The position numbers and the translations under genes are program-made. The notes under the pieces are model-generated. The model was not told the DNA's origin, did not search any database, and was given only the letters and a program-made list of their open reading frames with translations. A stretch of 64,000 bases of DNA from Octopus sinensis (taxonomy: Eukaryota): assembly GCF_006345805.1 (NCBI RefSeq), contig NC_042999.1, positions 46,810,001-46,874,000 on the forward strand, given 5' to 3'. Below, piece after piece: positions 1-10,789 of the stretch. Within the stretch, counting starts at the first letter, position 1; each line of letters begins with the position of its first letter.

Positions 1-803
1 AAAGAGAAATGAAAAAGAAAAAATGTACAAAAATAGACTGAAGTATTTCTATGATGGAATATAAGTAATAGCTTAGGAACGAAACGTAAGTGGTGTGTGT
101 ATATATATGTTATAAAAAGAGAAGAATAAAGATAGAGTATTGATAGGTAGGAAATAACAATTAGACAGATACTAGATACTAGAATAAGCTTGTACGAAAC
201 TATCAATAACAAGTTAGTTCTAAATGCAAGCCTCTATTTAGGGCCCGGTCAAACTTAAGTGGATATAAATCAATGCAATAATCGCTGAAATAATCCCTCT
301 GATAAATTTATAAAGTAATATAAAGATATATGGTAACCATAGATAAATAAATGAAAGGCGGTTAACTTTGTGCATTGACTCTAACAATAATGTGAAAATG
401 AAGATATCTATTCAAATAAAGATTGCATATATTTTAACGTGTAGGAGAAAGGCTATAGTAATCATTATATATATATGCATATATACTCACGCATAAATAC
501 ATACACATATTTGTACTCAGACACGCACAGCAGGATAGACACTCTGTCCACACACATACCTATGCTGCGTGCCCGTGGAATTGTGCACAGTTCGAATGGA
601 TTAGGTAAAAATCTCATGCAATAGGAATAATTTGTAAAGATTTGTGGAAATGTATGAGGCAGTAGGAATACTGATAACAAAGAACATTACGGAAATGTAT
701 AATATTATTGCATAAAAATCCTCTTACCAATCAAATATTTTCTGACGCTAGAAATATATTCGTGTGGATCTATGGAAGTAAATACTTATATCAAGAATAC
801 TAA

Positions 804-1050
804 TCTATATATATAAAACCGAGAATGCGTGTGTGTCTGTCTGTGTTAATCCCTAAAACACAACCAATTTCATTCAAATTGTACACATACCTTACTTTGG
901 GTCCATGTAGTGTCATGGGCAAAAAATGTCTAACTTCTTGCCTAGGGCGAGCCCATAGTAATATCATATCTTCTCCACTATGTCAGTATTACGTGTTAAA
1001 ATTGAAACAAAAAGATCTCTTTATTGTAATGTCAGATACATTCTCTTTAA
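804..1050 (+). mobile_element. Possible 5' part of a non-autonomous Helitron-like element
   Basis: Begins A|TCTATATATATAAAACCGAGAATGCGTGTGTGTCTGTCTGT, the TC-(TA)n-AAAA-(TGTC)n start typical of non-autonomous Helitrons. No convincing 3' hairpin/CTRR end can be assigned. Confidence 0.35.
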
Positions 1051-1489
1051 TACTGAAACTATTAAAGTAAAACTATTATATAAGAGGGATGACCCATTAA
1101 TATTGGACATCCATTTTGCTAGAAGAAGATCTGCTATGGTCTTATATGCTACACCACTAGTTTTCAATTCATATTAATCAAATTAATATTCAATTTCTCA
1201 CCCTTATTATTTTAAATTTAAATTTAAACCCAGGACTATGTGTTTTGGAACGAAGTTTGTTACCACGCAGCCACATCTTCACCTATGTATGTGTGTGTGT
1301 ATGTGTGTATAGCTGTATATGTATACATTTATTTCTATACATATAGATGTATATGTATACATGTATATGTGTAGATGTATATATATATATATATATAGAT
1401 GTACATGAAATATGTACACATATATATTAACATATATTCATGCATACATATATACACCCATACACACACACACACACATACATAGGTGC

Positions 1490-2330
1490 ACGTGTGGCTG
1501 TGTGGTAACAAACTTCGTTCCAAAACATACGGTCCTGGGTTCAGTCCCACTGTGTGGTGACTTCGCATGTGCCTTCTGCTATAGCCTCAGGCCAACCAAA
1601 GCCTTGTCAGTGGATTTTGTAGACAGAAACTGAAAGAAATCAATCGTATATATATATATATATATAAGTAATAAGAGAGGGACCACACGTGGTCCCTCTA
1701 ACGCAAGAAATAGATCCGCAAAGGGAATCCACCACTAAAGAATTGTTCTCAAGCATTAATTCAACACACCAAGAATGAAAGCGGGCAGGACAAATGAAAT
1801 ATAACGAAAAAATAGTTTAACTATTGAATTAATTCTTGAGAACAATTCTTTAGTGGTGGATTCCCTTTGCGGATCTATTTCTAGCGTTAGAGTGACCACA
1901 TGTGGTGTCTCTCTTATTACTTGTATTAATAATTTTTACTGTATCACATTTTCTTTACGCTAGGCCACTTGGTGTTTTAAATTGATGTTATCAATTAATA
2001 TTCAATTTCTTTCACCCTTATTGTGATTTTAATTATGAATTAATATGTTCTCAAACCGGCAGTAAATTACTGGGGTAGTATTTACATCCGGTATTTTCAA
2101 CGCGCCAAAAATGTGGATATTTGAACGTAACTACAAATATAATCGGCTGTGCCGTTCGCCTTTGCTCGGCTTCGTATGGATTTTGGCGTTCGGTTCAGCA
2201 AATTATATTTTTTATATACTCTACTGAGGATTCGAAAATTATTTTGACTGTATCACAGTTTTTACGCTAGGCCACTTGGTGTTTTAAATTGATGATATTA
2301 ATTAATATTCAATTTTTTTCACCCTTATTG

Positions 2331-2394
<64 letters not shown>

Positions 2395-2470
2395 AAGTCT
2401 TATGTGTTTATTTACATCCCCATAACTTACTGGTTTATCAAAATACCAGACTTATCAAAATATTAAAAAA
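1490..2470 (+). mobile_element. tRNA-headed SINE family A, split by an insertion in its internal (TA)n
   Basis: Head GTGGCTGTGTGGTAA...GGTTCAGTCCC (A/B-box-like) and body to GAAACTGAAAGAA at about 1490-1646. A degraded 3' half resumes after (TA)n at about 2390. Confidence 0.7.
1666..2331. mobile_element. Penelope-like non-coding element: 99-bp inverted repeat plus ~86-bp direct repeat
   Basis: 1666-1764 is the reverse complement of 1824-1922 (about 6 mismatches). 1938-2024 is repeated at 2247-2331. Flanked by (TA)n on both sides. An inverted plus partial tandem pseudo-LTR layout is characteristic of Penelope-like elements. Confidence 0.6.
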
Positions 2471-2530
2471 AACCACTAGGTAGTATCTCATATTTTCGTT
2501 TGCCCACACAATTTATCTTTGAGTGTGTGT

Positions 2531-2579
<49 letters not shown>

Positions 2580-2580
2580 T

Positions 2581-2786
2581 ACGTCTGTGTGACTGTGCTC
2601 GTGCTTGTCTCCCCTTACAGACTGCAACAGATATTTTCCCGTAACTTAGTAACAAGTAACAAGCGATAGAATAAGTATCTAGCTTAGAAAAAGTACTAGG
2701 GCCGGCTCATTCGACTAAAAACTCTTTCATGTAATGCTCTAGCATGTTTGCAGTCTAATGATTGAAATGAAGTAAAGATAAAAGGT
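2581..2786 (+). mobile_element. SINE family A-related 3' half (degraded)
   Basis: CCCGTAACTTAG...CGATAGAATAAGTA...TTCGACTAAAA...GCAGTCTAATGATTGAAA matches the family A tail. Confidence 0.65.
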
Positions 2787-2793
2787 AAAATAT

Positions 2794-2990
2794 ATACGAG
2801 GGGCGCTGACATATTCCTAGCTTTGGGTAAAAGAAAATACAAGCAGTTCAGTGAATTATGTTTTTATTCAACATAACCCCTCTCCGATTCACATACTTGT
2901 TGCAGCGGTCTTTAAATTTTTCTAATCCATGTAGAAGAAGTCGGAAGTTTGGGCTTCCAGCTAGGCTTTTCATAACACCCTTTTCATAAC
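2794..2990 (-). mobile_element. Mariner end / short deletion derivative
   Basis: Mariner-type TIR start TACGAGGGGCGCTGAC. Minus-strand translation LLHGLEKFKDRCNKYVNRRG resembles the mariner transposase C-terminus (G..KL..RW.KC....G.Y). Confidence 0.6.
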
Positions 2991-5280
2991 AAGTCAACAA
3001 CCTTTCAGCATGCGCTCGTACATATTTGCAGTAAATGTAATTGAAACAATACACAGCAAACTTTACATTCAACTAAGTATGCATCTGATTCTGTATACAA
3101 AGAGCAAAGACTCTTACGTATTAGTGTGATATACCTAAATTTAAGCGAGGAAATAATCAAATCATTTGGATACTTCAACCCCCAAGTAATGAGTATGACA
3201 CCTTACAGTTAAAGATAACAAAATAATGTTTTCTTGTAAGGCGTACAATTAAAATCCGTTCCTATTAGAGAATTGTTACAATGTTGTGTGGGATTAATAT
3301 TATTTTTTCTATGAACAAGAATTTCCGACTGATAACAAGTTTGTAAATAATGCGATTATAATTTATACAATGAAATGCATCAAAATAGAACAAACGAAAT
3401 TATTTTCAATGGAATTGTGTACAGAAATACAACGGAATTAAAGTTAGATATCATAGTATTAAATATCGCAAACTTGATTTACATACAAATGAAAAAACTT
3501 ACAAAAGTGTGTCACAGATACTAGGTGTGGTTTATAAAGAAAACTTGTAAAGTAATACAAGTAATACATCGAATAATCTCGGAACAATGCTGAGGCTAAT
3601 TCAGATTCTCAGGTTGGTAAAAAATCACCTGCTGATAAATCAACGCAAGCAACCTAACAAATTTAATCAATACAACGTTTTTATTAGAACGTGTAGATAG
3701 CAGGTCCATTGTTAAATAATGTAATATATATTTCTTTATTTAAATAATGTAATATAGAGAGGAGACTTTCACAAACCCTTGTAAATATGAGTAAAATCTT
3801 AAATTAATAAGGACAAGTATTGAAAATTACCTAGCGTAGAAGTGTTGCTTAATAGATAATCAGAGACATCACTCTGTTGTCACCGAGGGGTATTTCTTTT
3901 GCAGAAATGCATAGCATGAAGTCTCCTAAAATTTCAAATGAAACTGTTCCGTTTATTTAAATCATTTTCACTATCCCTCTTGTCTTACCCCAAGCAAATT
4001 GTGGTGCAATCTTATCATTTTATTATCAGCGTAACTTTCTAAGAACTACAAAAAAAAAACAAAGATGTTAGCTTTTGGTACTCTATCTACCCACGAGGGT
4101 TCGACATAATCTGGAAGACTGCAAGTGGCTAGAATATCTAAGTAACAGCTGAGTAAATCATCAGCAGTATCATTAAAAGTCTAAAGTCTACAAAAGCAGT
4201 CAAAGAAATCTAGGGCGCTATAAAACATCATATGGGAAAATAATTGGTGTGCTTAATCTTCCTGAGTCAATACTAGATATAAGATATTTCTTATATGTAG
4301 ATATTTTCATGAGTCGCAATGAATTTCATTAGCGAGAAGCATGTCTCCGTATTTCCATTTGGTCTAAATACAAGTTTTCTTTCATATGAAAATAATAATT
4401 TACCAGCAAAAATATTCATGCAATATGAAAATGTAATCTCTTTTCGACAACACATTCAATAAAAATAAAAATAAGTTGTCTAAATTATGCAGATTGTAAG
4501 TGAACATTTCGCAGGTACTAAAAATTCCGCCCAATCATATTCAAGCAAAACTTATTTGTCTATCTTAAATGGAAATTAGATTTGGCTCGAATTGGAAATA
4601 ATTGAAATGCATCACCACAGCATTGTTGTTCTGACAACTGATTATCAACGTCTCATTTAGGATTTCTCTACATATGTATTAACATCAGGATGTTGTTTAC
4701 GTCAATGCTAATCTCATTTCTTGAAACACAAAAAATATCTCGTTTGTGTCTGATGGCTGATGAATTTTTCTCAAAAATTATTTCTTAAAGAGGGGGAACA
4801 AAAAAAAAGAATAATAAATAAATAAATAAATAAAAGATATGATGAAATAAAAATTCACGTACACAAATCTTCAAGATGAACAATTTTATATCTAAAATAC
4901 CAGAAGCAATATTCTTTATGGACAGTCTTCGCTAACATCAATCTTTTGAATAAAATTATTTCTTTGATTCACCGAAATCCAGTTTTGCATTTAGTAAAGT
5001 TAGTTATAATAAATGAAACGCCCTTATTTTCTTTATAACTAACATTACCTAAAATGAAATTGTGACGTCTGACGTCTGTTTACGTTAAACAGTGCGTAAA
5101 CAATTGTAAGTTTGTGAGAGTATTTCTTATTCCATTGTCATTTCAGTTTCTTATTACTACCCTATATTCAACTGGCGTTTTGTTCTAAATTATATGTATT
5201 CTGAGTTTTAGCATCAGGTTATTCTTATCTCTTTGCCTTGGCGAAATAATAATAATAACAACAACAATAATAATAATAAC

Positions 5281-5320
<40 letters not shown>

Positions 5321-5324
5321 GTAA

Positions 5325-7073
5325 TTTTCTGCTTGGCACTGTCACCTCTATCTGATATGCTAAATAGAACTGGACGCGGATATAAATGTTACGGCAAAAC
5401 GATCAGCCACCTTTTATATATGGATGACATAAAACTATACGCTGCAAATGACAAACAGTTGGAAACACTATTAAAGACAGTTCATGGATTTACCAAAGAA
5501 ATAGATATGAAATTTGGATTAGAAAAATGCGCCAAAGTAACCATGAAAAGAGGAAAACGAGTTAAGAGTAACAACATCACACTCGATAAAACCAATGAAA
5601 TAAAAGAATTAGACCAAAGCCAAACTTACAAATACTTAGGAATCCATGAACTAGATAAGACACAACACACACAAATGAAAGAGAAAATAAAAAAAGAATA
5701 TTATAGACGAGTTAGATCAATACTAAAAACAGAGCTCAATGCTAAAAACAAGATAATAGGTATCAACACTTTAGCTGTCCCAGTTATAAGTTACAGCTAC
5801 AATATCCTTAACTGGACACGAAATGAACTGTCCAAAATAGATAGGAAAACAAGAAAAATAATGACAGGATCTAGGATGCATCACCCAAAATCTGACATAG
5901 AAAGACTATATATACAACGTATAGAAGGTGGTAGAGGCCTTATACAGCTGGAAAACTACTATAATATAACCACCATAGGACTGCAAAAATATCTACTTCA
6001 GAAGGAAGGAAAACTGATCCAGATAGCAGCAAAACACGAGCAAAACAAAAAACTGTCCTCAGTATTTAAGGAAGCTGACAAATACAAACAAGAAATCATA
6101 CCACCTAATAAACATGAAGAAGAAGAAGAAGATGAAGAAACAACAAAAGCTATAAAACAAATGAAATCCAAACTAAAAATAGAACAGCAACGAACCATGA
6201 TAAAACGATGGCAAGAAAAGCCCCTTCATGGTAAATACTGCACTAAACTAAACGCAAAAGAAATAGACAAAGAAAAATCCCAGCAATGGTTGAGAAGCTC
6301 AGGACTCAAAGCAGAAACAGAGGGATTTTTAATTGCAGCACAAGACCAAAGCCTCCCCACCAGAAATTACCAAAAACATGTAATGAAAAGAAATATTACA
6401 AGTAACTGCAGAATATGTGGAGATGGACAAGAAACAATAAATCATATTATCTCTAGCTGCCCAGTCCTGGCTAAGAAGGAATATATTCACAGACATGACA
6501 GAGTTGGAACCTACGTACATTGGAAGCTATGCCAACATTATGGAATAACAACAGAAAAAAGATGGTATAGGCACACACCAGAAAAGGTCACAGAAAACGA
6601 GAAAGCAACCATACTCTGGGATTTGCCGATACACATAGATAGAGAAATTAAGGCCAACAGACCAGATATAGTTGTCAGAGATCATGAAGAAAAAGAATGC
6701 TTTCTAATTGATGTATCAATACCGGCAGATGACAACGTTTCTCTAAAAAAAATGGAGAAACTCTCAAAATACAAAGACCTGGAAATAGAGGTAACTAGAA
6801 TGTGGAATCTGAAAACAGAAACAATTCCTATCATAGTAGGTGCATTAGGCATGATAAAAAAATATTCAGACAAATACATAACAAAAACACCAGGACTTAC
6901 AAACACATATAACATACAGAAAATTGCACTACTAGGCACTGCACACATCCTACGCAGAACACTTTCCATACAATAACCATCAGAGCATCACAACAAATTA
7001 CAGCACATACCCAAGGCACACAGAGCTGCGCTCGGTAGTGAAGTGAAAGCACGCTATAAAAATAAAACTACTG
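5325..7073 (+). mobile_element. 5'-truncated R4/Dong-type non-LTR retrotransposon in (AAT)n
   Basis: Flanked by (AAT)n at 5246-5324 and 7074-7135. Starts inside the RT just after the QGD-LSP motif and has a short 3' UTR. Confidence 0.92.
5333..6976 (+). CDS. Partial RT + CCHC zinc knuckle + restriction-like endonuclease (R4/Dong ORF, N-terminally truncated)
   Basis: Uninterrupted 547 aa with HLLYMDDIKL, FGLEKCAK, YKYLG, GGRGL, CRICGDGQETINHIISSC, RHD and NRPDIVV...LIDVSIP...K..KY. Confidence 0.93.
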   Translation: MALSPLSDMLNRTGRGYKCYGKTISHLLYMDDIKLYAANDKQLETLLKTVHGFTKEIDMKFGLEKCAKVTMKRGKRVKSNNITLDKTNEIKELDQSQTYKYLGIHELDKTQHTQMKEKIKKEYYRRVRSILKTELNAKNKIIGINTLAVPVISYSYNILNWTRNELSKIDRKTRKIMTGSRMHHPKSDIERLYIQRIEGGRGLIQLENYYNITTIGLQKYLLQKEGKLIQIAAKHEQNKKLSSVFKEADKYKQEIIPPNKHEEEEEDEETTKAIKQMKSKLKIEQQRTMIKRWQEKPLHGKYCTKLNAKEIDKEKSQQWLRSSGLKAETEGFLIAAQDQSLPTRNYQKHVMKRNITSNCRICGDGQETINHIISSCPVLAKKEYIHRHDRVGTYVHWKLCQHYGITTEKRWYRHTPEKVTENEKATILWDLPIHIDREIKANRPDIVVRDHEEKECFLIDVSIPADDNVSLKKMEKLSKYKDLEIEVTRMWNLKTETIPIIVGALGMIKKYSDKYITKTPGLTNTYNIQKIALLGTAHILRRTLSIQ

Positions 7074-7074
7074 A

Positions 7075-7119
<45 letters not shown>

Positions 7120-7139
7120 GTAATAATAATAATCATAAA

Positions 7140-7497
7140 TGCCCTGGTGCAATACCACGCACTGACTCTCATGGCTTCTCATCTTAAACTGATTAGATGT
7201 GTTATCATGTATATGTTTTTCTTCGTATAAAAGATGGGCTACAGTAAATATTCTGCTTAGTTCCACAGATTTGCTTGTCAGTTGTTTAACCATGACTAGT
7301 TGAGCATTCCCTTAGTGTCTGAAGATATGTGCATCTCTAATCACAAGGAGAAGCAGTGGGGGGCATCATAGCCATATGTTCAGAGGGATTCTTTAGAGTT
7401 TGAATATTTTACCTCAGGAGACATCGATGTTTCATTCAACATCCTTAAACAACAGTTTATTCAAGGACTTTTGGAGGGGAATGGGCTACTCGACATG
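7140..7497 (+). mobile_element. Non-coding (AAT)n-associated interspersed element, copy 1 (truncated)
   Basis: Aligns by eye with the reverse complements of 10218-10661 and 56815-57287 and starts immediately after (AAT)n. Joined at 7501 to an inverted SINE A head. Confidence 0.75.
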
Positions 7498-7526
7498 AAA
7501 CTACTTACCACACAGCCACTCCTGCG

Positions 7527-7614
<88 letters not shown>

Positions 7615-9654
7615 CATACATACATATATATGTGTGTGTGTATAACAGGTAAGGGCCAAAAGTAAAATTTGGGAAAACAGGGATAAATTCTCTGTGAAAT
7701 TATATCAGTATTTTCTTAGTTGTGAACTAATGATATGAGTAGGTTTAGGCGCATTGTATAGATAAAACAAATATAATTACATCTTATTTTAAGTTTTAAA
7801 GCATCAGTCAGAATTCATATGAAAATTTATTGCGTTCAAAATATCCATGCGACAAGAATTTTAAAATCTTTGTTATGTGTGTGCACGCATGTTATTTAAA
7901 AACGTGTGTGAACAAATATGCGTGTATGAATAAATCCAAAGTATTCTGTTTATACTACACTCTATAAAAATTATATATATCTAGCATAATTTCCGAATTA
8001 GAAATTGTAAATATTTACAATATTTCGTAGAAAAACCTTTACGTTCACTAAATCTTACTATAATTCACTAGGAAGCTTTCATGAATAATTCATGAATATT
8101 TTGAGGTTTGAATAGCTTATGCCTCAACAATTTAAATGACATGTTTCATCTAACAACCCATTATCGGAAACACGGAAAATAGATGGATCGCAACACAAAT
8201 CCTGTTAATTACTGTAAAAGTAAAATTTATTTGTAATGGCATAGCCAGTATGTCAACGAAAAGAATTCAACAAAATGAATCCAAGTAGTACAAACAGTTC
8301 AAGCTGTAGCATTAAAAGAGTTTAAAATGTGTTCTTGTATTTCTATCTAGACATACGTATCGAACATTTCTGTGTGGGCATAAACGTGTCAGTAATAAAT
8401 TTGACTCCACACTAAGTACCGCCCTGAAATAAAACAAAAGAGCTTTCTCAGACATAATGTCTTCCAGGAAATAATTTGGATCTCAGTTAGGTGTGAATTG
8501 TGCCAAACTAAAGATATCATTTCATAGTCAATTACTATTCTTCACTAGTTTCTTATAACTGATATTCTTGCCAGGCTTGCTGTTAGTAGCATCAGTAGAT
8601 AAAAGTAATTATTCTTTGTTTCCGGAATTCAATATATCTATTACGTTGAATTTATTCAACCAGACATACAAGAAGAATTAGTAGCTCTTCTTTCTGTAAT
8701 TTTTCTTCCTTTATCAGGAAAATCTAAGGGATGTTATAAATAATGCGTACAGACTGAAAAACTATCAATTCTTAAGCTTTTCACTGAAACAATGGCTTTA
8801 GGTGCATATATATATTTAGAATTTTATCTCAGATTGACAATAACAATTGAACTTTACTGCTATTTTTAGTTCGTGGACTTAACATCGAAACTCAGAAAAA
8901 AATTATGCATATTTGAATTTTGTGAGATTATTGTACGTTTGAAATGCTTAAAAAGCTACGTTTAAGGCTGAGCTGAAGTGACATCTAGAATTAATATCGA
9001 AATTCTTCCTGTTATATTTATGTTTATAATCTCACATCAGTTTTGTGTCTGCAAATGGCTTTCTGTTGTTTTATTAAAATTTAGTTTTCCGGGATGCACT
9101 TTTTATTTGATCTGTTCCGGAAGTCAGAGTATATTTCGTTTACTAAAGTTTATTGTTACGGTGTGTAATATAGAAAGAAGAGAGCACATTTTGCAAACTG
9201 CGTCACATCTATTTTACATTGTCTTCAACTTACATTTTAAGTACTGTACCGTTAAATTGCATGCTTGTAAGTTTGTACTAGAGTGGAGTCTCATTTGATT
9301 CATTACTATAAGCAAAATGGCGCAACGTGGATAATATCGGTGAGGCGTTAGTAACGAGTGATCATGTGACAATAATATTACCTGACATGTTGTTTGGATA
9401 TACGATAAATTACGACATGCTGCATTACATTTTTATCCCCGTGAAATTACGACCCCTCTGTTTTACATATAAAATGATTATTTTCCTATAAAAATTTTGT
9501 TTTTTAGATATGAAATTGTGACCATAATAAATTTTAATTGTGACCATATAAATTTCAAAATGTAACATATCTATTTATGGGGAAAATAAGAGCGAATATT
9601 TGTTTTATGAGTGCTGTGTATTAAGTCTATGAAATTGTGCATAAAGTAAATCTT

Positions 9655-9658
9655 CTCC

Positions 9659-9690
<32 letters not shown>

Positions 9691-9835
9691 CTTCTTCTTC
9701 TTCTTCTTCTTCTTCTTCTTCTTCTTCTTCTTCTTCTTCTTCTTCTTCTTCTTCTTTCTTCTTCTTCTTCTTCTTCTTTCTCTTCTTCTTCTTTCTCTTC
9801 TTCTTTCTCTTCTTCTTCCTTTTCTTCTTCTCATT
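9655..9835. repeat. (TTC)n microsatellite
   Basis: Long CTT run followed by degenerate CTT/CTTT units. Confidence 0.95.
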
Positions 9836-9844
9836 TTCTTTCAA

Positions 9845-10190
9845 TTCTGTTTCCATTTCTTGTCGAGTGCTTTCCTGATACCTATGGCAGAGGAACGTAC
9901 TGTGTACATTGGTAGGCCATTAAACAAACACACCAGTTTACTCATTTACAGAGTCATGTGATAAAGAAAAAGGGGAAGTAAACAAATAAAAGAAAGGGTG
10001 GAAAAGGAAAGAAAATTTACAGCGACAATGATCTTCTCAATACGTGTGACGTACACAAATTAAGATGATCTTTTGCACTTCGTTATTTGGTCATTCCTAC
10101 AATCATTGGTATTGTAACCATCGTAAGATGCCACATCTCTTCGATTTCGTTTAGCAGATCTTTATGTTTGCTGAACTAACTAAATTATTT
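9845..10190 (-). mobile_element. Degraded 3' fragment of the Dong family seen at 58-62 kb
   Basis: 9851-9925 matches 58065-58140 (TTCCATTTCTTG..GAGTG...TTGGTAGGCCATTAAAC). 10035-10150 matches the end of the endonuclease region at 58232-58400. Confidence 0.75.
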
Positions 10191-10217
10191 TGCCGATATA
10201 TTATGGTCACAGGGTCA

Positions 10218-10661
10218 CAACCATATGTGCGCGACATGGTGATCTTATATCAATATACACAGCACATGACCTTGCAGGTGGGGCCCAGTTAGAATTTTCT
10301 TCTGCTCGAGTAACCCATCCTGCTCAACAGGTCCCAGTGTAAGGTTTGTTTAAGGATGTTGAACGAACCACCCATGTTTTCAATGTGAATTATCCAAACC
10401 TCTAACAATCCCTCCCAACACACAGTTATGATGCACCCCCGCCATTTCTGCCTGTGATCAGAGATGCACATATCGTCAGCCACTAAGGGACATGCTCAAC
10501 TGGTTTAGGTCAAACAAGTGACTAGCAAATCTGTGATATTCAGCAGAATATTTGCTGTAGCCCATCATTTTATACAATGACAAATCAATGTACATGATAA
10601 CACTTCCAGTCAGTTTAAGATCAGAAGCCACGAGAGCCACTGCCTGGTACTGCATAAGGGC
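10218..10661 (-). mobile_element. Non-coding (AAT)n-associated interspersed element, copy 2
   Basis: High similarity to 56855-57287 (CACATGACCTTGCAGGTGGG...GAATATTTGCTGTAG...CTGCCTGGTACTGCAT). Abuts (TTA)n/(CTA)n at 10662-10790. Confidence 0.8.
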
Positions 10662-10662
10662 A

Positions 10663-10706
<44 letters not shown>

Positions 10707-10744
10707 CATTATCATTTTTATTACCACTACTACTCCTGCTACCG

Positions 10745-10789
<45 letters not shown>

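Noticed and set aside
2224-2237. CTGAGGA-TTC-GAAA hammerhead-like core
   Set aside because: No stem III/NUH or stem I pairing follows.
3831-3925. Minus-strand AG...GT-bounded candidate exon (similar case at 11627-11848)
   Set aside because: All three frames contain stops (at 11627-11848 the frames I read do too and the acceptor is poor), and no recognisable protein motif is present.
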